A stretch of 64,000 nt of DNA from Thiopseudomonas sp. (GCA_018384595.1 JAHAYO010000009.1:11233-75232), one strand, 5' to 3'; numbered from the stretch's first letter, positions 1 to 10,659 are shown. Made by a program: numbers and translations. The notes: generated by a model from the sequence alone, not told the origin.

Positions 1-1137
1 CGCCATAGCCTGATGGCGCGCCAACAGGGCACCGATATCATCATTACCAGCTATGCCCTGCTGCATCTGGATATCGACTACCACAGTACGCAGGCCTACG
101 CGCTGGCGGTGCTGGATGAAGCCCAGGCCATCAAGAACCCGCAAACCAAGACTGCCATCAGCGCGCGCCGCCTCAAGGCCGGCATGCGTCTATGCCTGTC
201 GGGCACACCGCTGGAAAATCACCTGGGCGAGCTCTGGTCGCTGATGGATTTTGCCCTGCCCGGTTTGCTGTACGGGCGCAGCTTTTTCAATGATGTCTTT
301 CGCAATCCCATTGAAAAAGACGGCGTGGAAACGGCTCGCAACGAGCTGGCCAGAAAAATTTCGCCGTTTATCCTGCGCCGCACCAAACAACAGGTGGCTG
401 CCGAACTGCCGGAAAAAACCACCATTACCCAGTACGTCGAGCTGGGCAGCAAACAGGCTGCCCTGTATGAAGGCATTCGCCTGAGCATGGAAAAGCACAT
501 CCGTGACCTAGTCGCCAAACAGGGTTTGGCCAAAAGCCATATCGCCTTTTTGGATGCTCTGCTCAAACTGCGCCAGGCCTGCATTGCGCCGCAGCTGGTC
601 AAGCTGGAGCAGGCACACAGCCTGCACGACAGCGCCAAACTGGACTGGCTCGACGACCATCTGCCCGCCATGCTGGAAGAAGGCCGCCGCATTTTGCTGT
701 TTTCACAATTTACCCAGGCGCTGGGCCTGGTCGAAGACTTACTGCGCAAACACCGGATTGCCTACAGCAAGCTGACCGGGGCCACCCGCAAGCGCCAGGA
801 AGCCATTGATGCCTTTCAAAACGGCAACACCTTGGTGTTTCTGATCAGCCTCAAGGCCGGTGGCGCTGGCCTCAACCTCACCGCCGCCGATACCGTGATC
901 CATCTGGACCCTTGGTGGAATCCCGCAGTAGAGAATCAGGCCACCGACCGCGCTTACCGTATCGGGCAAGACAAACCAGTGTTCGTGTACAAACTGGTCG
1001 CCAGCGGCACGGTGGAAGAGCGCATCCAGCTGATGCAAGAGCACAAACAAGCGCTGGCCGACTCACTGTTTGGCAGCGCCAGCACAGCCACCGCCGCTAT
1101 CGAAAAGGAAGAACTGCTGCAGCTGTTGGCACACTAG
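1..1137 (+). CDS. SNF2/SWI2-family helicase, C-terminal part (5' end outside window)
   Basis: Motifs LDEAQAIKN, LSGTPLENHLGELWSL, LISLKAGGAGLNLT, QATDRAYRIGQ; frame is open to base 1. Confidence 0.92.
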   Translation, partial: RHSLMARQQGTDIIITSYALLHLDIDYHSTQAYALAVLDEAQAIKNPQTKTAISARRLKAGMRLCLSGTPLENHLGELWSLMDFALPGLLYGRSFFNDVFRNPIEKDGVETARNELARKISPFILRRTKQQVAAELPEKTTITQYVELGSKQAALYEGIRLSMEKHIRDLVAKQGLAKSHIAFLDALLKLRQACIAPQLVKLEQAHSLHDSAKLDWLDDHLPAMLEEGRRILLFSQFTQALGLVEDLLRKHRIAYSKLTGATRKRQEAIDAFQNGNTLVFLISLKAGGAGLNLTAADTVIHLDPWWNPAVENQATDRAYRIGQDKPVFVYKLVASGTVEERIQLMQEHKQALADSLFGSASTATAAIEKEELLQLLAH

Positions 1138-1186
1138 GCGTCTGTTCAATGCGCTGAGACGTTGAGACAGCGGCCTAGGCGCCATA

Positions 1187-1216
1187 CCGCCGTGTTGATG
1201 CCTATTAACACGGCGG
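1187..1216. terminator. Inverted repeat between convergent genes (putative bidirectional terminator)
   Basis: CCGCCGTGTT-N10-AACACGGCGG perfect 10-bp stem; no strong U-tail. Confidence 0.5.
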
Positions 1217-1226
1217 CTACAGACGA

Positions 1227-1928
1227 TTAGAACAGGCTGGGCAACGGCAAACTGACCTGCAGGCAGGCACCGCCCAGCGGGCCGCCGTTTTTCAATTCCA
1301 GCCCCGCTTCGCAGCCGGACTGATCGTGCATGGCCACAATACTGGCGGCAAAATACAGGCCCAGCCCAGTGCTGCCGCTGCTACGGTCGATGCCGCTGGC
1401 ATCGCGCTCACGCACCGGCCCCAGCATCGCTTCTGGGTAACCCGGCCCGTCATCGCACAGGCTCAGCACAATGCCGCCCTCACCTGCCCGTGCATGCAGG
1501 CAGATCGCCGAACGGCAATGGTTGAGTGCATTACCCAGCGCATTATCCAGCACGGTCACAATCAGATTGCGGTCAAAAAATCCTTCCAGATCAGGATCAT
1601 CCAGCTCAATACGTAGCTCCACCTGACGGTATTGCAGCAATTCGGCATGGCGGTTATGCAGGTCTTCAAACAGGTCATCCACCCGACAATACTCACTTTG
1701 CAGGCTCAGCTGACCATGCTCAAACTTATACATGCCCAGCAGTTGCACCAACATACCGTCCAGCCGCAGCGATTCACGCTCAATCAGACGCACCTCGGCC
1801 GACTGTTGCAGTTCGGGCGGCAGCTGCGCCACCAAGCTCTCATAGGCCTGACTGACAGCGGCAATGATGTTTTTCATGTCATGCACGCTGGATGCCATCA
1901 GCGTGGAAAAATCGATCTGCTTTACCAT
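1227..1928 (-). CDS. Cytoplasmic histidine kinase without an evident sensor domain
   Basis: H-box SSVHDMKN, N-box VLDNALGNA, G1 DDGPG, G2 TGLGL; start MVKQID overlaps the upstream gene's stop. Confidence 0.85.
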   Translation of the reverse strand: MVKQIDFSTLMASSVHDMKNIIAAVSQAYESLVAQLPPELQQSAEVRLIERESLRLDGMLVQLLGMYKFEHGQLSLQSEYCRVDDLFEDLHNRHAELLQYRQVELRIELDDPDLEGFFDRNLIVTVLDNALGNALNHCRSAICLHARAGEGGIVLSLCDDGPGYPEAMLGPVRERDASGIDRSSGSTGLGLYFAASIVAMHDQSGCEAGLELKNGGPLGGACLQVSLPLPSLF

Positions 1929-3499
1929 GGGCGAGCCTCCAAGGGGTTGTTCATACGGGAAAAATCCAGTGCGGCCGGCTCCAACGGCGACATCTGACCA
2001 ATGCGCTGCAGACAAGCCGCCACCTGCGACGCAGAATCGGCAGCCGCCATCGCGGCGTACAGCCGCGCAGCGGCCATATTAGTTTCTAGCAGGGCCGGTG
2101 CCTGCTCCAGCACGGTCGCAAACAGTTGTGCTGCCTCGGCGGTTGCAGCGGTCAGATGCAAGGCAATCGCCTCACGGGTCTGGCGGGTGGCTTGGCGCAT
2201 GGCCGTGCCGGCAAAGCCGGTCAGTCGGCGCTCCAGCTGCTCGGGAACCCCTGTTACGGTGCTGTGACGCTCACCACAACGCTGCCACAGGGTTTGCGCC
2301 ACAGAGGCGGCATCCAGTTGTTGCAACCAGTCGCCCAGCTGCAGCAGGGTAACGGCGGTGTAACCGTCCTGTCGGGCCAGCAGCTCTGTACACACATCCT
2401 GCAATGCAGTCGCGTCCGGCTGCAGCCCCTTGCTCTGCGCCAGTATCAGCCGCAACAAAGCCGCCAGCGGGCGCAAACGTATCTCGTGCTGAGCCGCTTT
2501 GTCTAAATGCCGCAGCCAGTTCTGACTATCTTCGCTTGAGCGGCTATTACCCGCTTTGGCCAGCATCGACGCCAGCTGCCACAACAACTCGGCATCAAAG
2601 GCGACTGAGTAGCGGCCAATTTCCCAAATTTGCCGCAGCGCATACACGGCTACATCCGCTTGGCCATTGAGCCACGCCTGACGGGCCAGCATGATCTGAC
2701 GACGCACCGTATTGGGTGACAGCGAAACCGCCCGCTGCAGCGACTGCACCACGGCGGGCAAGTCGTTTTCCTGTGCTGACAACGCTGCGCGAATATCGTG
2801 TAGCTCAGGCATCAGCGGAAACTGACGCATGGCCGCATCCAGCAGAGGATTGAGCCGCGACAGCTGGCCTTGCTGCAACCACAGGCTGGCCAGCATTTGC
2901 AGGTTCCAAGCCGCCGGACGGCTGCGCACCTGCTGTTCAAGGTGACGCTCTAATTCGGCAAAACGACCCAGCTCATGCAGTGCTTGCGCCTTGTAACGCT
3001 GGCAGAGCACAGCGTGGCGCGGGTCTTGTGCTTCAATGGCGGCGCAGGCCTGCAGCACCTGCTCGCAGTCGCGCTGCTCCATGGCCTTCAACACCGGCGC
3101 CAGCACCTGCTTACGACGCACCATGCGCTCCAGTCGCGTTTGCAACGCCACCTTACTAAACGGTTTGCTTAAATAATCATCGGGTTCGCACTCGATGGCC
3201 GCCAGCACCATGGCCTGAGTGTTCTCTGCAGTCACCATGATAAAAATGCAGTGCGGCGACAGTAACTTTTCGACGTGCAGACGCTCCAGCACCTGCTGAC
3301 CGCTGATACCCTCGCCCAAGTTGTAATCATGCAGGATGACGTCATAACGATTGCGGCGACACAATTCGAGCACTTCGTCGCCATTAGCAGCCGTATCGAT
3401 TTTTTGTACGGCCAGCAAACCCAAAATGCCGCGAATGGAGCTGCGAAATTCAGAAAAATCATCCACAACCAGAAAGCGCATCTTGCTGAAATCAATCAT
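1922..3499 (-). CDS. Response regulator (REC) with TPR-like helical C-terminal region
   Basis: REC motifs FLVVDD, VILHDY, VTAE, YLSKPF, followed by an Ala/Leu-rich helical repeat region. Confidence 0.85.
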   Translation of the reverse strand: MIDFSKMRFLVVDDFSEFRSSIRGILGLLAVQKIDTAANGDEVLELCRRNRYDVILHDYNLGEGISGQQVLERLHVEKLLSPHCIFIMVTAENTQAMVLAAIECEPDDYLSKPFSKVALQTRLERMVRRKQVLAPVLKAMEQRDCEQVLQACAAIEAQDPRHAVLCQRYKAQALHELGRFAELERHLEQQVRSRPAAWNLQMLASLWLQQGQLSRLNPLLDAAMRQFPLMPELHDIRAALSAQENDLPAVVQSLQRAVSLSPNTVRRQIMLARQAWLNGQADVAVYALRQIWEIGRYSVAFDAELLWQLASMLAKAGNSRSSEDSQNWLRHLDKAAQHEIRLRPLAALLRLILAQSKGLQPDATALQDVCTELLARQDGYTAVTLLQLGDWLQQLDAASVAQTLWQRCGERHSTVTGVPEQLERRLTGFAGTAMRQATRQTREAIALHLTAATAEAAQLFATVLEQAPALLETNMAAARLYAAMAAADSASQVAACLQRIGQMSPLEPAALDFSRMNNPLEARPW

Positions 3500-3732
3500 G
3501 ACCGGCTCCTTGTGCCAGATGAGTGGCCTATATTGGTGAATTCAATGAGGCTGTGTTGGCATCATGAGCGCAGGATTTCAGCATCAAATTCCTCATTACC
3601 CGAATCTGAAACCGGCAGCCCAGCGTGCGCCAATACGATGGCAAAACCGCTGCATTATACAGCCTGTTTGTCACTCAACCATGGCAGGCAATGCGAACCC
3701 AGTCACGACTATGGCACTTTGCCCTATTGCCC

Positions 3733-4809
3733 TCAGCTGCGGCACGCCTTGCCCAGCTGTAACAGGGTGTGACCCAGCCCGATATCATCATGCTGTTCCA
3801 GCAGCTCAAAACCCGCTTGATGTACCAACGCCAGTAACTCGTCACTGCGATAAAAGCGGCTGTTGCCGTTGGCCAGACAGGTGAAATACAGTGACGTTGC
3901 ATTCAGCGAATAGCTGGCGGCGGCATGCTGCTGACGGTCCCAGCACAGCTCAAGAATGTACAGTTTGGCGTGATCGGGCATAGCGGCATGGACAGCACGC
4001 AGAATGTGCAGAACCTCAGGGGCAGAAAAACAGTCCAGAAACTGGCTCATCCACCAGATATCACCGCAGCGCGGCAACTCTACAACGGGTTCCAGCAGGT
4101 TGACCGGATGAAAAGTGGCCCGCTGCTCATGCCCTTGTTGCACCAGGTTGTCGCGCGCCAGTTGCAGCTGCTGCGGCAGATCAACCAGCACCATCTGCAC
4201 CTGCGCATCATAATTCAGGCACTGGCTGCTCCAGCGCCCTGTGTTGGCCCCCACGTCAACAATGCAACCGGGACGCTCGGCAAACACCCGTGGCAACAGC
4301 TCAGGAAAGGCACGGTCGCTATAAAAGTGATCAAATTCAAACCAACTGCTGCGGGCGGGTTCCGGCAGTCGCGACAACCCTTGGTAAATGGTTGGCCAGT
4401 CGCCCAGCTCGCGCAGTCCCGCCGGCGTGCCATCGCGAATGGCTTCATCCAGATGCTCCATGGCGCGGTAACACACATCATCGGTAAACGCCATGTTGAC
4501 GCGGGTCATCGCGTCATGTAGCAAAAAATAGCCCGTTTTGGCCAGCCGATAACGCTCGCCATCAAAGGTCACCAAGCGCGCGCTCATGCCCATGTCCAGC
4601 AACACCTGCACGCCGTATTCAGACAATCCTGCTTGAGCAGCCAGCGTCTGTACGCTGGCACCGGCGCTACCTGTTTCGTCCAGCGCCTTGAGCAGACCCA
4701 GCCGCTGCAGGCTGCGCGCCGCCTTAAAGGCAATGGGGGAAAACGCCAGATACTGGGCCAGTTCTTTGGCCTGCATGGCGCTGAGGTTGTCCTGTGCATA
4801 GTGCGGCAT
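3733..4809 (-). CDS. Class I SAM-dependent O-methyltransferase with dimerisation domain
   Basis: SAM motif IVDVGANTG, VDLPQQL, WMSQFLDCFS; probable start MPHYAQ. Confidence 0.85.
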   Translation of the reverse strand: MPHYAQDNLSAMQAKELAQYLAFSPIAFKAARSLQRLGLLKALDETGSAGASVQTLAAQAGLSEYGVQVLLDMGMSARLVTFDGERYRLAKTGYFLLHDAMTRVNMAFTDDVCYRAMEHLDEAIRDGTPAGLRELGDWPTIYQGLSRLPEPARSSWFEFDHFYSDRAFPELLPRVFAERPGCIVDVGANTGRWSSQCLNYDAQVQMVLVDLPQQLQLARDNLVQQGHEQRATFHPVNLLEPVVELPRCGDIWWMSQFLDCFSAPEVLHILRAVHAAMPDHAKLYILELCWDRQQHAAASYSLNATSLYFTCLANGNSRFYRSDELLALVHQAGFELLEQHDDIGLGHTLLQLGKACRS

Positions 4810-4869
4810 TGATGCCTCCTGATAGGGGTGAACAGCGCCGGACATGCCAGAGGCCACCGGCACAGCAAT

Positions 4870-5595
4870 TTAGTAACCGGTAAAGCTTTCGCTGCGGATG
4901 GCGTCGTCATCCACGCCAGCATCTTCCAGCAGATCACGCATGCTCTCCACCAGCGCTGGCGGACCAGACAGCAGATAGAGAGGGTCTTGCAGCGCAGCAC
5001 AGAAATCACGAATGGCGGCCTCATCCAGATAACCACGCGGGCCGCCCCAACTGTCATCGGCATCATCCATGCGGGTCATGGTGGCGATCAGCCGGAACGC
5101 TGGCAGCTGCTCCGCCAGCTGTTGCAGCTCGTCCAGAAAGGCCGCGTCCTGCGGGCAGCGATTGACATACAGCAGCAACAGCGAGCGCTGCCAGCCCTGA
5201 GACGCCGCCGTGCGTAAAATACTCATAAAGGGGGTAATACCGATACCGCCGGCAATCATCACCAGCGGTCTTTGCCCAGCTGGCGGCACCAGCGCGCTAC
5301 CAAATGGGCCATCCAGCTGCAGGCTGCTGCCGATAGGCAATGCAGCCAAACGGTTTTTATAGGCGCTGTCACGCATGCGGGTGGCCAACACCACGTGCGA
5401 CTCGTGGGGCGCGCTGACCAGCGAAAACGCATGACGAACATCCTGCAGCGCCTCACCTTCGCTGGCATCGGCCAGCAGCAGGTCAACCGCTTGTCCCGGC
5501 GAAAAATCAAAACCTTCGGGTTTTTCCAGCACAAAAGCGCGGGTGCCCGTCGCCAGCAGGCTGCTAGCAGACAGGCGCGTGGGGTAAAGGCTCAT
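4870..5595 (-). CDS. Ferredoxin-NADP reductase-like FAD/NAD-binding oxidoreductase
   Basis: RHAFSLVSAP (RxYS-like), MIAGGIGITPF, LSGPPALV, C-terminal ESFTGY. Confidence 0.88.
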   Translation of the reverse strand: MSLYPTRLSASSLLATGTRAFVLEKPEGFDFSPGQAVDLLLADASEGEALQDVRHAFSLVSAPHESHVVLATRMRDSAYKNRLAALPIGSSLQLDGPFGSALVPPAGQRPLVMIAGGIGITPFMSILRTAASQGWQRSLLLLYVNRCPQDAAFLDELQQLAEQLPAFRLIATMTRMDDADDSWGGPRGYLDEAAIRDFCAALQDPLYLLSGPPALVESMRDLLEDAGVDDDAIRSESFTGY

Positions 5596-5643
5596 AGTGG
5601 AACCCTCTATGCCAGTGCAGGCCGACATGGCCTGCATCCGTTT

Positions 5644-7266
5644 TTAGAGTCTGAACTGACTGACCAGTCTGCGCAACTCGCCTGCCAGCTCCACCAGCGT
5701 TTCGCTGTGTTCGCGGGTGCCGGACGCCCCCTGCGAGGTGACATCGGCAATCTGGCTAATGGTTGAAATATTACGATTGATTTCCTCGGCCACCGCGCTC
5801 TGCTCCTCGGCAGCCGTGGCAATCTGCATATTCATATCGTTGATGCCCGATACCTCGCCGGCGATGCTGGTCAGGCTGTTGGCTGCATTTTCAACATGCT
5901 CCACGCTTTGCGCGGCACGTTTTTGCGCGGCATCCATCACCGTTACCGCATCGGCCACGGCCGTGTGCAAACGCTGAATCATCTGTTGGATTTGCTCGGT
6001 GGAGTTTTGGGTACGCTGCGCCAGGGTGCGCACTTCGTCCGCTACCACGGCAAAACCCCGGCCCTGCTCGCCGGCCCGCGCTGCTTCAATCGCCGCATTG
6101 AGTGCCAGCAGGTTGGTTTGCTCGGCAATACCGCTGATCACGCCCAACACTTCACTGATGCTGGCCGAGTCGGCTTCGACCCGACCGACCACACGGGCAG
6201 CGTTTTCGATTTCTTCAATCAGGGCGACAATCGCCGTGCTGGCTTCATTGGCTACGCCCACACCCTGCCGAGCTTCGCCATCTGCACTCTGTGAAGCCAT
6301 TGCCGTGCGGGCCGCATTCGCCGCCACTTCTTGCACGGTGGCGCTCATTTCGTTCATGGCCGAAGCCACCATGTCGGTTTCGGTACGCTGCTGCACCACC
6401 TGCTGCAGGGTGTCATCCGCCACCTGTGCCACCTGCTCAGATACCTCACCTAAACGGCCAGTCACACCGGCCACCGCCTGCAAACTCTGACGAAACTTGG
6501 CAATCATCTGGTTAAAGGCAACCCCCATTGCACCCACTTCATCATGGGCCTCAATGGTGACAGCGCGGCTCAGATCGTCATCACGGGTCATATCCTGCAT
6601 GGTGTGACGCAGGTTGTTAATGCGCACAATCACCACGCGCCGCACGATGGTGATGATCACCACCAGCCCCAGCGCCAACAGCACCGCCTGTATGAGCGCC
6701 GCCAGCACCAGGTTGTTTTTAACTTTGGCATCCAGCTCGTCCAACGAATAACTGATACGCACCGCACCCACCACCGAGTCTTCCGGCACCATGTGGCACA
6801 TCAGGCAGTTGGTGCCCCGATAGTCTTTCAGGGCATGGATAGGATTAATGACGGTAAGAATGCGTGCGCCGTTGCTGGCATCGATGTGCACAATAGCCTC
6901 GTCCTGCAGGGCGCGGCGGTCAAGATCGTCGGCGGGTGCTTGGTGGTCATAGCCAGGGCCATACATGCTCGTAATGTGTTCATTACGGATGATGCGCGCC
7001 TCTACCACACCGGGGCGCTCCAGTATTTTGTCGCGCAGCACATTACGTTGCGCCATGGTGCCCGTCAGCATCATGGTGTTGACGCTGTCGAAATAGCTGT
7101 CGGCGGCGTCACGGGTCTGCTGTTCCACAACATCCAGCACCAGTTTGCGCTCGCTCATCACGGTAAACATCAGCGAGGTGGCCATAACCACAAAAAACAC
7201 GGCCAACAGGGCAATGTTGATCTTGGTTTGCACCGACAACTGTCGGCTCGAAGAGCTTTGACTCAT
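5644..7266 (-). CDS. Methyl-accepting chemotaxis protein with a periplasmic CxxCH sensor domain
   Basis: Two TM segments, HAMP, signalling core [34 protein letters not shown]; periplasmic CLMCH. Confidence 0.95.
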   Translation of the reverse strand: MSQSSSSRQLSVQTKINIALLAVFFVVMATSLMFTVMSERKLVLDVVEQQTRDAADSYFDSVNTMMLTGTMAQRNVLRDKILERPGVVEARIIRNEHITSMYGPGYDHQAPADDLDRRALQDEAIVHIDASNGARILTVINPIHALKDYRGTNCLMCHMVPEDSVVGAVRISYSLDELDAKVKNNLVLAALIQAVLLALGLVVIITIVRRVVIVRINNLRHTMQDMTRDDDLSRAVTIEAHDEVGAMGVAFNQMIAKFRQSLQAVAGVTGRLGEVSEQVAQVADDTLQQVVQQRTETDMVASAMNEMSATVQEVAANAARTAMASQSADGEARQGVGVANEASTAIVALIEEIENAARVVGRVEADSASISEVLGVISGIAEQTNLLALNAAIEAARAGEQGRGFAVVADEVRTLAQRTQNSTEQIQQMIQRLHTAVADAVTVMDAAQKRAAQSVEHVENAANSLTSIAGEVSGINDMNMQIATAAEEQSAVAEEINRNISTISQIADVTSQGASGTREHSETLVELAGELRRLVSQFRL

Positions 7267-7488
7267 ACCCGTAACTCCTGATTCTGTTTTGACAGGTTCG
7301 TGGCTTGACTGGGCTACTTGCCGCCTCCCGCCTCAAAGGCGGATCTTTTGACGCCATAGTTATGGCATACCATGAACCAGTTCACACTTCAAAACAATAC
7401 AAGCAATTTACGCGCCAGCTCACCCAATAGTTATCACCGTCGCCATTGCTTTCTGCTCATTATGATGCAGGCACACAACAGCTACCAG

Positions 7489-8028
7489 TTACCACATCAG
7501 GTCATCCGGCACCTGATAAGCCGCATAAGGATCATCCTCATCCAGCGCGGCGGTGTGGGTGTTAAGCAGTACAATGCGCTGCGCATCGCGCTCTTGGATT
7601 TTCAGTGCAGCATCACGCGGCACGATTTCGTAACCGCCGCCGTGGCTGACAATGGCTAGGCTGCCGCTGCTCAGCTTATTACGCATCAACGCATTAACTG
7701 CAATGCGCTTAACCTTTTTCTGGTCAACAAAGTTGAAGTAGTCCTCGCTGTCCAGTTTGGGCAGACGGCAGCTTTCTATCAGCTGTTTGATCTGCGCCTT
7801 GCGCGCTTTTTGCTCGGCCTTGTCCTGCTGCTGGCGGTTGAGCGCGTGGTCTTTGGCGGCTTTGTCGGCCAGCGCCTGCATGGCGGCCTGCCGAGCAGAC
7901 TCATCCGCTTCTGCTTGGCCCTTGTTGACCAGCTTTTGCTGCTTGCGCTTGGCGCGATCGGCCTGTTTGGCCTGCTTTTCATTGACCAGCCCCGCTTTAA
8001 GCAGTTGGTCACGCAATGAGAGACTCAT
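7489..8028 (-). CDS. DUF2058 (YaiL-like) protein
   Basis: N-terminal MSLSLRDQLLKAGL and C-terminal DDPYAAYQVPDDLMW are family signatures. Confidence 0.88.
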   Translation of the reverse strand: MSLSLRDQLLKAGLVNEKQAKQADRAKRKQQKLVNKGQAEADESARQAAMQALADKAAKDHALNRQQQDKAEQKARKAQIKQLIESCRLPKLDSEDYFNFVDQKKVKRIAVNALMRNKLSSGSLAIVSHGGGYEIVPRDAALKIQERDAQRIVLLNTHTAALDEDDPYAAYQVPDDLMW

Positions 8029-8852
8029 GGTTTCTGTTCCTGTTGCTTGGCTTCGTCCCACAGCGCGTCCAGCACCTGTAGGCTGCAGTCATGCAGGTGA
8101 CGGCCCTGCGCCGCCACCTGCTGTTCAATGTAGTTAAAACGCTGATAAAAGCGCTGATTGGTGCCACGCACCGCTTGCTCGGGATCAACCCCTGCATGGC
8201 GGGCCAGATTGGTGACAGCAAACAGCAGATCACCGATTTCGTGTTCAATCGCTTGTGGGTCGGCGGCGGCCAGCGCCACTTCGGCTTCGTCCAGTTCCTC
8301 GCGGATTTTGGCCAATACCGGTGCCAGCGAATCCCAGTCAAACCCTACCTTCGCAGCGCGCTTTTGCAGTTTCACCGCACGGGTCATGGCCGGCAGATTC
8401 AGCGGTATGTCGGCTAGAATAGACGGCAGCTGTTCGCTTTGCTGCTGTTTTTCCTGTGCCTTGATGGCCTGCCACTGACCGGCCACTTCGTCGCTTTGCG
8501 CATTCTGCACGCCGGCACGGGCCCTGAGCTGCCCGCTGGGAAACACATGGGGATGCCGCCTTACCAGCTTGCGCACGATGCCATCCACCACATCAGCAAA
8601 ATCAAAACGGCCCTGTTCCTGACCAAACTGAGCGTAATAAACCACCTGAAACAGCAGATCACCCAGCTCCCCGGGCAGCTCGTCCAGCGCAGTGCGTTCA
8701 ATGGCGTCGGCTACTTCGTAGGCTTCTTCCAACGTGTGCGGCACAATGCTGCGGTAATCCTGCGCCCGATCCCAAGGGCAGCCGTCCTGCGGATCACGCA
8801 GACGCGCCATCAGGTACAACAAGTCATCCAGCTGGTAACGCGGCTCAGTCAT
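8025..8852 (-). CDS. mazG: Nucleoside triphosphate pyrophosphohydrolase MazG
   Basis: LRDPQDGCPWD, EEAYEV, ELGDLLFQV, KLVRRHPHVF, second domain EIGDLLF. Confidence 0.95.
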   Translation of the reverse strand: MTEPRYQLDDLLYLMARLRDPQDGCPWDRAQDYRSIVPHTLEEAYEVADAIERTALDELPGELGDLLFQVVYYAQFGQEQGRFDFADVVDGIVRKLVRRHPHVFPSGQLRARAGVQNAQSDEVAGQWQAIKAQEKQQQSEQLPSILADIPLNLPAMTRAVKLQKRAAKVGFDWDSLAPVLAKIREELDEAEVALAAADPQAIEHEIGDLLFAVTNLARHAGVDPEQAVRGTNQRFYQRFNYIEQQVAAQGRHLHDCSLQVLDALWDEAKQQEQKP

Positions 8853-10659
8853 CGAGCGCCTCCGGTTCATCAGCAAACTGGGTGGCATGCAGGCGGGCAT
8901 AGTAGCCGTTTTGCGCCAGCAGCTGCGCATGGGTCCCGCGCTCAACAATGCGGCCTTGATCCATCACCAAAATCAGGTCGGCGCGCTCGATGGTGCTCAG
9001 ACGGTGGGCGATAACCAGCGTGGTGCGGCCCTGCACCGCATGCTCCAGCGCGGCCTGGATATGACGTTCGGACTCGGTATCCAGCGCCGAAGTGGCCTCA
9101 TCCAGAATCAGTAACGGCGCATCTTTAAGCAGCGCACGGGCAATCGCCAAGCGCTGGCGCTGGCCGCCCGACAGCAACACACCGTTTTCGCCCACCAGAG
9201 TGTGATAGCCGTCGGGCATGCGCTCGATAAATTCGGCTGCAAACGCGGCTTCGGCGGCAGCGCGTACTTCTGCTTCGGTTTTGCTGGCTAGGTCACCGTA
9301 GGCAATGTTGTTGAACACCGTATCGTTAAACAGGGAAACCTGCTGATTGACCAGTCCAATTTGCTGGCGCAGATGACGCAACGGCAGCTGGCGGATTTCC
9401 ACGCCATCAATCAGGATCTCACCGCTGCTGTGGTCATAAAAGCGTGGAATCAGGTTGGCCAGCGTGGATTTGCCACTGCCCGAGCGGCCAACCAGCGCCA
9501 CCATCTGGCCAGGTTCCGCCACAAAACTGATGTCGTGCAGTACCTGCTTGTCAGTGTGCGGGTAGACAAAACTAAGATGGCGCACCTCAAGACGGCCCTG
9601 CACCTGTTGCAGCTGCTGGGTACCGCCATCCACTTCTTGCGGCTCGTCCAGCTGCTCAAAAATGCTTTCCGCGCCGGCCACGCCGCGTTGAATGGTAGAG
9701 CTGACCTCCGACAATTGACGGATCGGCTTGGGCAACAAACCGGCCAAAGTAATGTAGGCCACCAGATCACCCGGCGAGGCGTCACCGCGCAGCCAGAGCA
9801 CCAAAAACAACAGCACCGACATGGCCGAATAAATGACCAGCTGCAACGAAGGTGTATACACCGAGGTGGTTTTGACCATTTTCAGCTGCCGCTCAGTATT
9901 CTGCGCGCTGGCTTGCAGAAAACGTTGTTGTTCATAGCTTTCACCACCAAAGCTGCGTACCACGCGCTGGCCGTGAATGGTTTCGGACGCCACATGGGTG
10001 ACATCGCCCATGGCCACCTGAATTTTCTTGCTTTGTTTGCGGAATTTTTTACTGGCACTGCTCACCATCAACGCAATCACCGGCAGGATCGCCACCATCA
10101 CCAGCGTCAACTTCCAGTTCATCCATAGCAGCATGCCGAACAGAAACACCACCGTCATGCCTTCACGAACCACCACCTTGATCGCCTCGGTAGCCGCACC
10201 GGTAACCATGGTGACGTTGTAGGTGATACGCGAAATCAGGTGGCCAGAGTTGTGGTGGTCAAAGTAGCTATTGGGCAGGGTCAGCAGGTTGTTGAACAAT
10301 TGCACACGTAGATCGTGCACCAGCCCTAACGAGGTTTTGGCCAGAAAGAAGTTACCCAAGAAAGAACCGACACCCTGCCAGAACGCAATCAGCACAATCA
10401 GCAACGGCACCGCCTGTACCAAGCGCAAGTCGGCCAGCCAAGCCACATCAGGGAACAGTACCGCTTCAGGATTGCTCAGGCCGTCAACAAAGTACTTGAG
10501 GATATAGCCCAGCATGGGCTGAGTGGAGGCAAAGATCAGATAGCCCAAAATACTCAGACTGAAATAGCCAATGTAGGGCCGCACATAACGCAACAGGCGA
10601 AAATAGATTTTGACGCCGGACATGGACGGTTTTGCCGCTTTTTTATCACTATCAGTCAT
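8845..10659 (-). CDS. msbA: Lipid A export ABC transporter MsbA
   Basis: TMD plus NBD; [26 protein letters not shown]; 604 aa. Confidence 0.93.
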   Translation of the reverse strand: MTDSDKKAAKPSMSGVKIYFRLLRYVRPYIGYFSLSILGYLIFASTQPMLGYILKYFVDGLSNPEAVLFPDVAWLADLRLVQAVPLLIVLIAFWQGVGSFLGNFFLAKTSLGLVHDLRVQLFNNLLTLPNSYFDHHNSGHLISRITYNVTMVTGAATEAIKVVVREGMTVVFLFGMLLWMNWKLTLVMVAILPVIALMVSSASKKFRKQSKKIQVAMGDVTHVASETIHGQRVVRSFGGESYEQQRFLQASAQNTERQLKMVKTTSVYTPSLQLVIYSAMSVLLFLVLWLRGDASPGDLVAYITLAGLLPKPIRQLSEVSSTIQRGVAGAESIFEQLDEPQEVDGGTQQLQQVQGRLEVRHLSFVYPHTDKQVLHDISFVAEPGQMVALVGRSGSGKSTLANLIPRFYDHSSGEILIDGVEIRQLPLRHLRQQIGLVNQQVSLFNDTVFNNIAYGDLASKTEAEVRAAAEAAFAAEFIERMPDGYHTLVGENGVLLSGGQRQRLAIARALLKDAPLLILDEATSALDTESERHIQAALEHAVQGRTTLVIAHRLSTIERADLILVMDQGRIVERGTHAQLLAQNGYYARLHATQFADEPEALDD

